A DNA stretch of 64,000 nucleotides from an uncultured Gemmatimonadales bacterium (lineage in GTDB: Bacteria > Gemmatimonadota > Gemmatimonadetes > Gemmatimonadales > GWC2-71-9): the NCBI GenBank assembly GCA_963828735.1, contig CAWHFW010000005.1, forward strand, positions 2,528,001-2,592,000, in the 5' to 3' direction. The position numbers and the translations under genes were made by a program. Every line of letters begins with the position of its first letter. The first letter of the stretch is position 1. This document shows, piece after piece, positions 1 to 10,098 of this stretch. Under the pieces are notes generated by a model. The model was not told the origin of the DNA. It searched no databases and saw nothing but the letters and a program-made list of their open reading frames with translations.

Positions 1-1399
1 CGACCGCGCTGAACAACCCGTACTGTTGCTCTCCCGTCCCGACGAAGATGCCACCGAGCCACATGGCAGGAGGCTGGAGGCGCTGGTGCTTGGTCTTGTA
101 GTACATCGGTTGATGGAGGCCGAGCACGTACAGGTATCCCGTCTCCGGGCTGTAGGCGGGAGCCGACCATTCGGAGCCGCCGTTGGCGCCGGGAAGCATG
201 CGGACGCCCGCTGCCGTGGGCTGGGCGAAGATGTTCTGCTGGGGCACGAACGCCTCGGAGCGGCGAATGGGGCGTCCGGTCGCACGCTCCAGCATATAGA
301 CCCAACCGGTCTTGCCCGCCTGGACCACCGCGGGAACAGGCTTACCGTCGGGACCGGGAAGATCCGCCAGGACGACCGGGCTGGCCGGGTCGAGATCCCA
401 GACGTCATGCGGCAGCTCCTGAAAGGACCATTTGAGCCTTCCGCTCGCCAGATCGAGCGCGACGATCGAGTTGGTATGGAGGTTGTCGCCCGGCCGAACG
501 CTTCCGTCGAGATCGGGGGAGGCGTTTCCGACGGCGAAGATCACGAGCCCGAGGGTACGGTCGATCGCGGGCGCTTGCCACACCGCGCCTCCGCCCACTT
601 TCCAGGTGTCGCCATAGCGGGCACTGTCCGCCCTCTCCCGGGCCAGATCGCGGTGCAGCGGGACGCCAAACGGATCGGTCTCGCTCCACTTGCCCCACCA
701 CCCACCCTCCTCGGGGCTGGGAATGGTATAGAAGCGCCAGACCTCCGCGCCGGTTGCCGCGTCGTAGGCGGTCACCCGACCCCGGACGCCGTACTCGCCG
801 CCACTCACGCCGACGATCACCTTGCCGTCGGCCGCAACCGGTGCCGCGTCCACCGTATAGCCCCGCTCGTTGTCGGCTACCCGCACGTCCCAGGCTTTGG
901 CGCCGGTTCGGGCGTCGAGCGCCACGAGGCGAGCGTCGAGGGTCCCCATATAGACCCGGCCAGCGTAAACGGCGACCCCGCGGTTCACCGGCCCGCAACA
1001 GTGGACCGTGGTCCCCAGGCTCTCGGCATGCTCCCAGAGCTTGCGGCCAGTCTTCGCATCGAGCGCGACAACGTGATTGAGGGGCGTGGAGACATACATG
1101 ACGTTGTCGATGACGACGGGGCTGGCTTCAAACGCCTGGCGAATGCCGGTCGCGTAGTGCCAGGCCGGCTTCAAATCCTTGATGCTGGCGGGCGTGATCT
1201 GGGAAAGCGGGGAATACCGTTGGTTGCTATGGTCGCGGCCGTAGGAGGGCCAACTCGAGGTGTCGGCCATGGCTCGCCGCAGCGCGGCATCGGCGTCGGA
1301 CGGATGCTCGGCCGGTTTGACCCGACAGGTGATCAGCCCAATGGCCAGAAGTGGGATCGACCGGCACAGGCCACGAGTCAACCATCGTTGGGAGGCCAT
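1..1399 (-). CDS. PQQ-dependent alcohol/methanol dehydrogenase family protein (runs off the window's left edge)
   Basis: Not in the ORF track; translated by hand. MASQRWLT... signal-like start, WPSYGRDHSNQRYSPL, vicinal-Cys HCCGPVNRG, GGEYGVRG, GNASP, HDVWDLDPASP, QAGKTGW. Confidence 0.93.
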   Translation of the reverse strand, partial: MASQRWLTRGLCRSIPLLAIGLITCRVKPAEHPSDADAALRRAMADTSSWPSYGRDHSNQRYSPLSQITPASIKDLKPAWHYATGIRQAFEASPVVIDNVMYVSTPLNHVVALDAKTGRKLWEHAESLGTTVHCCGPVNRGVAVYAGRVYMGTLDARLVALDARTGAKAWDVRVADNERGYTVDAAPVAADGKVIVGVSGGEYGVRGRVTAYDAATGAEVWRFYTIPSPEEGGWWGKWSETDPFGVPLHRDLARERADSARYGDTWKVGGGAVWQAPAIDRTLGLVIFAVGNASPDLDGSVRPGDNLHTNSIVALDLASGRLKWSFQELPHDVWDLDPASPVVLADLPGPDGKPVPAVVQAGKTGWVYMLERATGRPIRRSEAFVPQQNIFAQPTAAGVRMLPGANGGSEWSAPAYSPETGYLYVLGLHQPMYYKTKHQRLQPPAMWLGGIFVGTGEQQYGLFSAV

Positions 1400-1533
1400 A
1401 CACTGGACTACATCTCATGTTCCGGCACCCCCGCGCCGTGATACCGCTCACGGGCCGGAGAATCGATACCCCAATAGGAGGTCAGCGTCTGGATGAGGTG
1501 AGAACACAAGACTGTCAGCGACGCGCTTGTTTG

Positions 1534-3111
1534 CTACGGACGTGCCGACCGATTCTCCCCTGCGAGCCATGCGAGGTCGACACGCTTGAACGCCAAGGGG
1601 GCGCGATGCACGGAGAGATACATGTCATCGGGCTCCCGAGGCAAGGCGGCACCTAGATAGAAGCGCAGCACGTTTCCCATCACGTTCACGATGGTCACGC
1701 TGTCTCCGAACACCTCGCTCCCATTGTCCGGCAGGTAGTAGGCTCCGAACGCGCCGAGGCGCTCTTCGGCAGCGGCGAGCGTGATGTTCTCGGGGCCTCG
1801 GTCCTTGTAAGGCAGCAGCGTCTTGCTGCCGTGATCGCCCTGCAGGAGGATGATCGGTGGAACCTCTGAGGTGCGAAGCAATGTCGTCACGAGGTCGAGC
1901 ACCATGTGATTAACGCACTGGACCTGCTCTACATACCGAGCTGAGTTGCGCTGCAGCCGGCTGCCACCCGCCGCCTCCTCGTGCGCCGGTCCGCAGTCTC
2001 GGTCGAAGACGTACGGACTGTGTGGACTCATCACATGCGCGAACGCGAATACGGGTCCGGGCATCCTGGGGACTTGGGCGATGGCGGCCAAGGTGCGCGC
2101 CACGTGACTACGTACAAGCCGACCCGTTTCCCAGTCGACGAATTTGAGCAGCGAGGTCTTGTTCACGACCTGTCGAAGACCCGAACCGGTCACCTCGCGC
2201 GCGGGATCCCATCCGTGCCACGCTCGAAACACAAAGTTCGCGCGTGGGTCGTCCTTGGTTGCCTCCCACGAGAGTGAGGGGAACAGCGCGTACTGGTAGC
2301 CCTGGGCCTTGAGGAAAGGCACCGTTCGGTTGTGCGTGACCAGATAGTCCGGGACGGTACGATCGACCGACCGCCTACCGAGTTCGCCCGAAAGCGCGGC
2401 GATGTGAGATGCGTTGAGCATCGACGGCAGCGACAGAAAGGTGTGGCAATAATTGCTGTGGACCGCTGGCACCACGAAGCCTAGCCGTCGCAAGGAATCC
2501 AAGAAGACGTGATTGTCGAACCCGAAGAGCCGTCCGGTGACCTCGGCGTTGGCGTACTCATCCAGGACGATCAGGTAGATGTCCCGCTTTGGGCCGACCT
2601 TCGTACCTGGCTGAATTCGGATTGGTTCCACCAGCCGCCGCACAACCGCGCTTTCCCGAACGGCGCGTGCGCTTCGATACTTGGCAACGCCGGTGGATAC
2701 CATGAGCCAGGCGACCAGCATCCCGCTGGTCAGCGTCAGAAACATTTCCGCTCGATCGAGCAGCGCCGGTCGGCGAACCAGCCACCAGATCATGCCTACC
2801 GTGGCCGCCACCCACAGCGGCAACAGCATTGGATGCGACCAGCCTGTCCTGCGCTCCACGAGTGGGGCGAGACGCACGTAGACCCAGAAGGCGAGCACAA
2901 CGCCCAGCAGAATCAGGGGTGGAAGTCGGTGGCCCCGACGGCGGGTCGCGAGCAAGGCAAGCCCGTACACCACTCCGCACGCGGCCAGAACTGCTGTCAC
3001 GACGACCGCCGCGTCGTCCACCTTCATCCACCCTGGGTTTTCTGCGACCAGGCGCACAACAGGGATGATGGCGAACAGAAAGGGATAGATGTGAGTGATT
3101 CGCCGGGCCAT
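1534..3111 (-). CDS. Membrane-anchored sulfatase-like/alkaline-phosphatase superfamily hydrolase or transferase
   Basis: About 5 N-terminal TM helices, DIYLIVLDEY, SNYCHTFLSLPS, HVMSPHSPY, LQGDHG motifs. Confidence 0.8.
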   Translation of the reverse strand: MARRITHIYPFLFAIIPVVRLVAENPGWMKVDDAAVVVTAVLAACGVVYGLALLATRRRGHRLPPLILLGVVLAFWVYVRLAPLVERRTGWSHPMLLPLWVAATVGMIWWLVRRPALLDRAEMFLTLTSGMLVAWLMVSTGVAKYRSARAVRESAVVRRLVEPIRIQPGTKVGPKRDIYLIVLDEYANAEVTGRLFGFDNHVFLDSLRRLGFVVPAVHSNYCHTFLSLPSMLNASHIAALSGELGRRSVDRTVPDYLVTHNRTVPFLKAQGYQYALFPSLSWEATKDDPRANFVFRAWHGWDPAREVTGSGLRQVVNKTSLLKFVDWETGRLVRSHVARTLAAIAQVPRMPGPVFAFAHVMSPHSPYVFDRDCGPAHEEAAGGSRLQRNSARYVEQVQCVNHMVLDLVTTLLRTSEVPPIILLQGDHGSKTLLPYKDRGPENITLAAAEERLGAFGAYYLPDNGSEVFGDSVTIVNVMGNVLRFYLGAALPREPDDMYLSVHRAPLAFKRVDLAWLAGENRSARP

Positions 3112-3117
3112 ATAATA

Positions 3118-3126
3118 ACTATACCA
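3118..3126 (-). promoter_or_regulatory. Extended -10 promoter (TGG-TATAGT) for a probably leaderless transcript
   Basis: Minus strand reads TGG TATAGT TATTAT ATG: 6 nt between the -10 and the start codon, no SD. Confidence 0.55.
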
Positions 3127-3213
3127 TTTTACGAGCCTGCTGGAGCCGCAAAGGCTCGATGGCCCAATTCATCCCATAGGGACACGGCGGGCAACTCATG
3201 AATCCGTACAGGC

Positions 3214-3814
3214 TCAAGCCGGGAAATGCAGCCGATCAAGCCCACAATGACGGGCGGTCGCTCTGTCTGCGGCCCTGGGCGCGTGGGTGCAAATGAGTAA
3301 TTCGCCTTCGGCCCGAACGACGCTCTCCTTGACGACTCTGCCGTTCGCCGCCTGAGTAGGCCGAGTGTTGTTGGGGTAGATCGCGCTGAAGGTGTGCAGC
3401 TCCGAGGGCGAGATTCCTTCCGGATCGCTCAGGACCAGCCACCGGACGCCTTCGGTACAGGGCGGGGTGGTCAGGGAGCCCTCGAACGCATAGTACCCCG
3501 TGTGCTTCGGCAGAAGATCGGCGGCGTTCACCTGCACATTGGCGACGCTCGCCTCCTGCCCAACCTGCTTCGGCAGATGATCCCACAGCGTCTGGATCAG
3601 TGGGTTGGCCTGACCCTGCTTCAGCAGCACCGCGACGACGGCCAGATGGCCTGCCGGGTCCTTGTGCACGAGATGCGCCACCATGTCGTACCCGTGCCCG
3701 TCGATGCGCTCTTCACTCGGATGGTGGAAATGGAACTGGACCAGCTGGTACTTCTGCTCGTCCACGGTGATGAAGCTGCCCGGTGCGTAGTCGACCTGGA
3801 TCGTGTGGCCGTTG
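3214..3814 (-). pseudogene. 3' half copy of the alpha-carbonic anhydrase gene
   Basis: 3322-3814 aligns to 5741-6233 with about 18 mismatches (manual count). Signal peptide and N-terminal third are missing. Confidence 0.9.
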
Positions 3815-4133
3815 ACCGCTTGTACTCAGCCGCGAGGCCGGACTCTTCGGCGAAGGCGAAAAGCGTTCCCACCTGGATGCCCGTGGCCCCGGCGTCGAGC
3901 GCCACACGAAGGCCGCCGGGGAGCCGGTGCCGCCGGCCAACCAGAACGGCAGCCCGAGATCGCGGACCGCCGCGAGGTCCACCATGTCACGTTCGCCGTA
4001 GATCGGCTCACCGCCCATTGAGCCGCAACGCCCCACGCGGCGGCGCGTTGTGGCCGCCCGCTGGGGGCCCCTCGATCACGAAGCCGTCGACCCGGCCGCT
4101 TGCCTTGCGCACGAGCATGGTGGCGAGGGAATT
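3815..4133 (-). pseudogene. Internal fragment copy of the nitronate monooxygenase gene
   Basis: Aligns to about 7046-7367, with a 1-nt deletion near 3911. Joined out of frame to the CA fragment. Confidence 0.9.
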
Positions 4134-4337
4134 TCCGCGGACGAACGTCATACACCAGCTCGCCCGCCCCATCCTCGCGAGTGCCTGCTCCACGAAGGTC
4201 CAGCGCTTCGCGTCCGCTTCGAGCAGCGCCTCCACCTCTCTTCTCCGGGCCGCGATGCTCCGGACTACGATCCGGAACCGATGCTGCGGCGTGGCGTCCG
4301 CGTCCGGAGCGACCGACGCTGAGGCGAGCGGCCCGGC

Positions 4338-5105
4338 CTATGGCCGAGCCGGCCGATGGCCCAGGAGGACCTCGACCTTCCCGTACATTGTGTTGACCGC
4401 TCCGGACAGCAACTCGAAGAAGTGGCGGCGCAGTGCCTCGCTCCGACTCGCCGTCTGCTGCCACCGTTGGGACAGGTCCGCGATCGCCTCACGACCCGAT
4501 TCGACGGCCCGAGTGGACCACTCGTTCACCCGATCCCCAGGGCTGGAAAGGACTCGCGCCGGCGAGCCAGTGGCCAAGGCCGAGGCCAGGTCGGGTTGGG
4601 CTTCGTCCAAGAGGGATTGGAGTCGGGCTTCCGCCAGGAACGGCGAGCCCGCGGGCACGAGGGACGTGAATCGCGACTCGGTCGCGGAGTCGAAGCGGAG
4701 GTGACGGTCCGGTAGAACGATGGTGCTCCCCAGTTCTCGCCATACTTCTCGTCCAGCGCCCTCGATGTACGCCAACCAAACCGCCCCATCCCGGTCCGTG
4801 AATTCCATCGATTCGGTGAGGGGATTCCCCCGCGGGAAGAACGGCGTCGGTGACGCGCTCGAGGCAGCTCCTCGGGCTTGGGACGGAGAACGACTTCTGC
4901 GGGGGGGCGCTTCTGGGGCTACGAAGCGTGCCGCCCGCAGATCCCGCGTGCACTCGGCGAGACGGTTGATCAGCTTGGCGACGTCCTTCTCCGTCTTCCT
5001 GTAGTTCCCTGCAGTGACGGACTCGTACTCGGGCTTCCTCTGATGTCGCTGCCTGCGGGCCGGCTTGGGCTCAGCCGGCTCCGGCGGTGCGTTGCTCTCA
5101 CTCAT
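4338..5105 (-). CDS. Hypothetical protein
   Basis: ATG preceded by a GGAGG SD. Protein-like segment EFTDRDGAVWLAY...LRFDSATESRF. Confidence 0.6.
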   Translation of the reverse strand: MSESNAPPEPAEPKPARRQRHQRKPEYESVTAGNYRKTEKDVAKLINRLAECTRDLRAARFVAPEAPPRRSRSPSQARGAASSASPTPFFPRGNPLTESMEFTDRDGAVWLAYIEGAGREVWRELGSTIVLPDRHLRFDSATESRFTSLVPAGSPFLAEARLQSLLDEAQPDLASALATGSPARVLSSPGDRVNEWSTRAVESGREAIADLSQRWQQTASRSEALRRHFFELLSGAVNTMYGKVEVLLGHRPARP

Positions 5106-5655
5106 TGTTCCGCCTCCTGTTGGAATTGCACACCACGCGGTATCGGCGGCCAGATCACGCCGGCCCGGCGCCACGAGACGATCCCGCACGCGCGGGACCT
5201 TTCGCTGGACCTGGGCTGTTGCCTGGGTAGCTTGTCTCGAGGAGGAGGGGCGCTCACCGACAGCGTTCTGGTGATCGAAACCTACGGCAGACTCAAGACC
5301 AAACGTCCCTTGGCCTAGGGAGCAAGATGATGGTGAGACGGAGGGTCAGATATTGGACCTTGGTACATGCAGCAGCTCGATTTCTCGAGCAGTGACAGCT
5401 CGGTCGTTTGCCCCACGCCCCTGCCAATTCTGCGGTTCGGGCCCAGGAGTGGCAACTCGAAGGCCCGATGCTGCTTGATGGCATCGAGCCCGCGATCTTT
5501 TCTACCCGCCTGCCGTAATTTCGCCGCAGTTTCTCAACTACTATCCGCAGCCAAGCCGCTGAGTTCTCAGGCGCCTCCATCAGGCGTGGGTGTTGGTCAC
5601 CCGGGCATCGAGTCCGCGCTCTTTACGGGCAAGTGGATCGAGCCTAGGAGGCTAG

Positions 5656-5689
5656 AACGGTCGCGGAATGCGCGGCCGTTTCCTTTTTT
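5656..5689 (+). terminator. Intrinsic terminator-like hairpin
   Basis: AACGGTCGCG-GAATG-CGCGGCCGTT followed by TCCTTTTTT. Confidence 0.55.
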
Positions 5690-5734
5690 GGCTTGGCGGG
5701 CCTGAGAATCGAGAGGCCGACGGCACCTGGAAAC

Positions 5735-6487
5735 CTACTCGCTCTCTTTGACGCTCCTGCCGTTCGCCGCCTGAGTCGGGCGAGCGTTGTGGGGGTAGAT
5801 CGCGCTGAAGGTGTGCAGCTCCGAGGGCGAGATTCCTTCCGGATCGTTCAGGACCAGCCACCGGACGCCTTCCGTACAGGGCGGGGTGGTCAGCGAGCCC
5901 TCGAACGCATAGTACCCGGTGTGCTTCGGCAGAAGATCGGCGGCGTTCACCTGCACGTTGGCGACGCTCGCCTCCTGCCCGACCTGCTTCGGCAGATGGT
6001 CCCACAGCGTCTGGATCAGTGGGTTGGCCTGACCCTGCTTCAGCAGCACCGCGACGACGGCCAGATGGCCTGCCGGGTCCTTGTGCACGAGATGCGCCAC
6101 CATGTCGTACCCGTGCCCGCCGATGCGCTCTTCACTCGGATGGTGGAAATGGAACTGGACGAGCTGGTACTTCTGCTCGTCGACGGTGATGAAGCTGCCC
6201 GGTGCGTAGTCGACCTGGATCGTGTGGCCGTTGTTGATGAGCTTGAGCGGAACGGGATGATAGTCGAAGCTGAGCTTCGGCAGATTGGCGCGTTCGGGAT
6301 TGCGAATGTCGATCGGGGATTGATGTGTACCGGTCTTGCAGGCCGAGTACTCGGGCTCGAGATCGCCCCAGTGTTGAGGCCCGGAGCTTCCCTCGTAACT
6401 CCAGTGCGGGGCTGACCCAGCGTGCTCCTGGCCGTACAGCAGGGCCGGCAACAGACTCACCAACGCGAGGGTCAAGAACTGTTTCAT
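5735..6487 (-). CDS. cah: Secreted alpha-carbonic anhydrase
   Basis: Signal peptide MKQFLTLALV..., HWSYEG, QSPIDI, NNGHTIQV, QFHFH, HLVH, GSLTTPPCTEGVRW. Confidence 0.95.
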   Translation of the reverse strand: MKQFLTLALVSLLPALLYGQEHAGSAPHWSYEGSSGPQHWGDLEPEYSACKTGTHQSPIDIRNPERANLPKLSFDYHPVPLKLINNGHTIQVDYAPGSFITVDEQKYQLVQFHFHHPSEERIGGHGYDMVAHLVHKDPAGHLAVVAVLLKQGQANPLIQTLWDHLPKQVGQEASVANVQVNAADLLPKHTGYYAFEGSLTTPPCTEGVRWLVLNDPEGISPSELHTFSAIYPHNARPTQAANGRSVKESE

Positions 6488-6554
6488 GAACGGCTCCAGC
6501 GAGATGTGCTCCCAAGCTAACTGGATCACATCCTCCGAGTGGGTGCCAAGGACA

Positions 6555-8042
6555 TTATGGCCCCGTCTCCTGCGGCTCGGCTCCGGCCGTCGCCCCAACC
6601 TGCTCGGACTCGCCGTCCAGGAGATAGTCGAGCACCTCGGCCGCCGTGTAACACGTCCTCCCGCGGAGGAACCCGTCGATCGATACCAGATCGTCGCCGC
6701 TCGTCAGCAGGGGTGGTTCCACCCGTCCGTCCGCGCGCACCTGCGCGTGGCCGATGTTTGCCATGAGCCCGTTGCACAGACACCGGCGACCGACGGTCTC
6801 CTCCAGCCGGCCGCCCTTGTCGACATACGCTTGCACCGGCTCGGCCGAGCAGCGATAACCCAACCGCCCGTCCGGCCGCTGATACGGGGTGCGCAGGTAG
6901 CCGAGGTCGCAGACCCGCTCGCGCGGCGGAGACGCGTGCTGCGGGTCTCCCGGCCAGCGCACCACCTTGAAGGGATAGCCCGTGGGTGATGCCTCCGGAT
7001 CGGTATGAACCTCGACCGCACCTTGCGCAGCATGCAGCAGCACGGACCGCTTGTACTCAGCCGCAAGGCCGGACTCTTCGGCGAAGGCGAAGAGGGTGCC
7101 CACCTGGATGCCCGTGGCCCCGGCGTCGAGCGCCGCACGAAGAGCCGCCGGGGAGCCGGTGCCGCCGGCCAACCAGAACGGCAGCCCGAGATCGCGGACC
7201 GCCGCGAGCTCCACCACGTCACGTTCGCCGTAGATCGGCTCACCGCGTCCGTTGAGCCGCAACGCCCCCCGCGGTGGCGCGTTGTGGCCGCCCGCCGTGG
7301 GTCCCTCGATCACGAAGCCGTCGACCCGGCCGCTCGCCTTGCGCACGAGCATGGTGGCGAGGGAATTGCTCGCGATGATCGCAAGGAAGCGCGGGCGGGT
7401 CAGGAGCGCCGGCAGAGCGCCCTCCCAGTGGTCGCGCGGGTCGAGCCGGACGGTCGCGTCGAGGTCGGGCGACGCGCCGTCGATCTCGAGCCGTATGCTC
7501 GCCGGTTGGTGCGCAGCGAGCGCATCGAGCACGCCCGGGATCTCGCGCGGTATCCCGGCGCCCATGAGCACGTAATCCACTCCGGCGAGCATCGCGCCGT
7601 ACAGGATGGCGAGATTGGGAAGCTGTATCTTGGTGAGGAGGTTCACGCCGACCGGCCCGTCGTGGCCCTCCTTTGCCAGCCAGACCTCCACGAAGCTGGC
7701 CAGCATGGTCAGCTGCTCGCGAGCCCGACCGACGCCCTTGTGATACATGCTGAGCATGCGATAGGGCACGCCGGCTGGGCGCCCGCCCTCGCGGAAGTAC
7801 CGCCGGAGAGCAGCGGTCGCGATCCCAGGCAGGGGAAAGTGGTCCATCGCCCGCCGGAGGTCACCTTCCGGATCGCCGTCCTGCAGGCGCCGGACGAACA
7901 CCGAGTCGATCGCCGTTGCCGAGACGACGCCGAGCTGTCCGCGAGAGGAAACGGCACGGGCGAGTCGCCAGCCTGAAACGCCGATGCCCATGCCGCCCTG
8001 AATGATCGTCGGGAGCGGGGAGCCAGTGGTCGATTGCGACAC
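6555..8042 (-). CDS. Nitronate monooxygenase / 2-nitropropane dioxygenase family flavoprotein with Cys-rich C-terminus
   Basis: IIQGGMG, EGPTAGGHN, GIQVGTLF; C-terminal CDLGYLR...YRC...RRCLCNGL. Confidence 0.88.
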   Translation of the reverse strand: MSQSTTGSPLPTIIQGGMGIGVSGWRLARAVSSRGQLGVVSATAIDSVFVRRLQDGDPEGDLRRAMDHFPLPGIATAALRRYFREGGRPAGVPYRMLSMYHKGVGRAREQLTMLASFVEVWLAKEGHDGPVGVNLLTKIQLPNLAILYGAMLAGVDYVLMGAGIPREIPGVLDALAAHQPASIRLEIDGASPDLDATVRLDPRDHWEGALPALLTRPRFLAIIASNSLATMLVRKASGRVDGFVIEGPTAGGHNAPPRGALRLNGRGEPIYGERDVVELAAVRDLGLPFWLAGGTGSPAALRAALDAGATGIQVGTLFAFAEESGLAAEYKRSVLLHAAQGAVEVHTDPEASPTGYPFKVVRWPGDPQHASPPRERVCDLGYLRTPYQRPDGRLGYRCSAEPVQAYVDKGGRLEETVGRRCLCNGLMANIGHAQVRADGRVEPPLLTSGDDLVSIDGFLRGRTCYTAAEVLDYLLDGESEQVGATAGAEPQETGP

Positions 8043-8133
8043 CTACGCCTCCGCCGGGCGGCAAGGAAAGGGGAGTTCGCGAGAGGGGTACGGACAGTCT
8101 AGTGGCGGTTCCGCAAGAACCGTCAAAGTTTCG

Positions 8134-10098
8134 ATGAAATCTCCTTTACACCTGCCGGCTTGGAGCCGAACGAGCATCGACGTGACCGGAAATGCCATCG
8201 GGGACTACGCCGCCATCGGCGATGGTGGATCGGCCGCTCTCGTCGGACGGGACGGCTCGATCGATTGGCTGTGCTGGCCGCGGTTCGACAGCCCGTCCAT
8301 CTTCGGTGCCCTCCTCGACCCGTCAGCCGGGCGATGGCGTATCGCGCCGGTCGCGCCTTTCCGGACTGAACGACACTACATCAAAGACACCAACGTGCTC
8401 CAGACGCGGTTCGATACCGGCGCGGGCATGCTCGTTCTCACCGACCTCATGCCCGTCGCCTCGGAGGAAGAGAAGGCGCGCTTCCTGGTGCCGGAACGGG
8501 AGATCCTCCGGCAGGTGGAGTGCGAGCGGGGCGAGGTGGAGATCGAATGGTCGTTCGAACCTCGTCCCGGGTACGGACTCCGGCCGGTCAGCATTCGCCA
8601 GGCCGGACAGCTGGGAATGCGCGTGCAGACCGATGCAGGCCTGCTCTCGTTGCGCACCGACCTGCCGCTCGATATTCGTGCGGACGGAAGAGCAGGGGGA
8701 CGCGCTCGTCTCTCGGCGGGAAACGCGGCCCATGCCTCATTGACGTTCGCGGCCGACGGGCCGGCGGTGCTGCCGCCGTTAGGCGAGTGGTCCCGGACCG
8801 CCCTCGCGCGCACGGTGGACTGGTGGCGGACGTGGACCTCGCGAGTCCGCTACGACGGCCCCTGCCGGGAGACCGTCGTTCGGAGCGCGCTCGCCCTCCG
8901 GCTGATGGTCTACGCCCCTTCGGGTGCGGTCGTCGCCGCACCGACCACCTCGCTCCCCGAGCGGATCGGCGGGTCGCTCAACTGGGATTATCGGTTCTGC
9001 TGGCTGCGCGATGCTTCCCTCACGGTTCGCGCGCTCGCCGGCCTCGGCTTCGGCGACGAGGCCCACGCCTTCGTGAACTGGCTGTTGCACGCCACCCGAT
9101 TGACTCAGCCCGAGCTGCGTGTGCTCTACGACGTGCACGGCAACAAGCCGCCCGGCGAGCGCACCCTGGATCGCCTGGCCGGTCACCGGGGATCGCGCCC
9201 GGTCCGGACCGGCAACCTGGCCGACGCGCAGCGGCAGCTCGATGTGTACGGCGAGGTGATCGATGCGGTGACCAACTTCGTACGGGAGGGAGGCACCCTC
9301 GACCGCGAGACCGAGGGAGTGCTGCGCGCCTGGGGCGAATACGTCTGTCGCCACTGGGACGAGCCGGACGAAGGCATCTGGGAGCCGCGGACCGGCCGGA
9401 CGAACCACACGCATTCGCGGGTGCTTTGCTGGGTGGCGCTCGACCGCCTGCTGCACCTTCACGCGCAGGATCACGTGCGCTGGGCACCCGCCGCCAAGTT
9501 TGAGGAGAACCGCGAAGCCATTCGCCGCCAAGTGGAAAGCCGGGCGTGGAATCCGGGGCTGGGGAGCTACGTCGCCGAGCTCGACGGCGACCGCGTGGAC
9601 GCTACGCTGCTGCTCCTGGCATGGTACGGATTCGAGCCCGCCGAGTCCGAGCGGATGCGGGGAACCTACCAGCGGATTCGAGAGCGGCTCGGCGGGGGGG
9701 ACGGGAACTCGCTGCTCTATCGCTATCGCAGCGAGCCATCGCTGCACTCGGAGGTTGTCGCCGGCGGGGAGGGGCAACCTGACTCGCCGGGCGAGGGTGC
9801 GTTCGGCATCTGCAGCTTCTGGGGTGCGGAGTACCTGGCACTGGGCGGGGGGACGGTGCAGGAGGCCCGCGAGCTGTTCGAGAGGCTCTGCGGCTACGCG
9901 AACGATGTGGGACTCTTCGCCGAGGAGATCGACCCCGCCACCGGTGCGGCGCTTGGCAACTTCCCCCAGGCGTTCACCCACGTGGGCCTGATCAATGCGG
10001 CCATATCGCTCGCCCGCCGGCTCGAGGGCGAGGCGCCGATCGAGCGGCACGTGCCACCGCGGCAGGAGGCGTCGGAGACGAACCAGGTGCGAGTATGA
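8134..10098 (+). CDS. Glycoside hydrolase family 15 (glucoamylase/trehalase-like); start uncertain (8134 or 8182)
   Basis: IGDYAAIGD, DWLCWPRFDSPS, NWDYRFCWLRD, DEGIWE, LGNFPQAFTH. Confidence 0.93.
   Translation: MKSPLHLPAWSRTSIDVTGNAIGDYAAIGDGGSAALVGRDGSIDWLCWPRFDSPSIFGALLDPSAGRWRIAPVAPFRTERHYIKDTNVLQTRFDTGAGMLVLTDLMPVASEEEKARFLVPEREILRQVECERGEVEIEWSFEPRPGYGLRPVSIRQAGQLGMRVQTDAGLLSLRTDLPLDIRADGRAGGRARLSAGNAAHASLTFAADGPAVLPPLGEWSRTALARTVDWWRTWTSRVRYDGPCRETVVRSALALRLMVYAPSGAVVAAPTTSLPERIGGSLNWDYRFCWLRDASLTVRALAGLGFGDEAHAFVNWLLHATRLTQPELRVLYDVHGNKPPGERTLDRLAGHRGSRPVRTGNLADAQRQLDVYGEVIDAVTNFVREGGTLDRETEGVLRAWGEYVCRHWDEPDEGIWEPRTGRTNHTHSRVLCWVALDRLLHLHAQDHVRWAPAAKFEENREAIRRQVESRAWNPGLGSYVAELDGDRVDATLLLLAWYGFEPAESERMRGTYQRIRERLGGGDGNSLLYRYRSEPSLHSEVVAGGEGQPDSPGEGAFGICSFWGAEYLALGGGTVQEARELFERLCGYANDVGLFAEEIDPATGAALGNFPQAFTHVGLINAAISLARRLEGEAPIERHVPPRQEASETNQVRV

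Noticed and set aside
26..1441. 471-aa plus-strand ORF
   Set aside because: Antisense shadow of the PQQ dehydrogenase. The same applies to other long shadow ORFs such as 57012..59552, 34803..36308 and 42250..43548, which is common in high-GC DNA.
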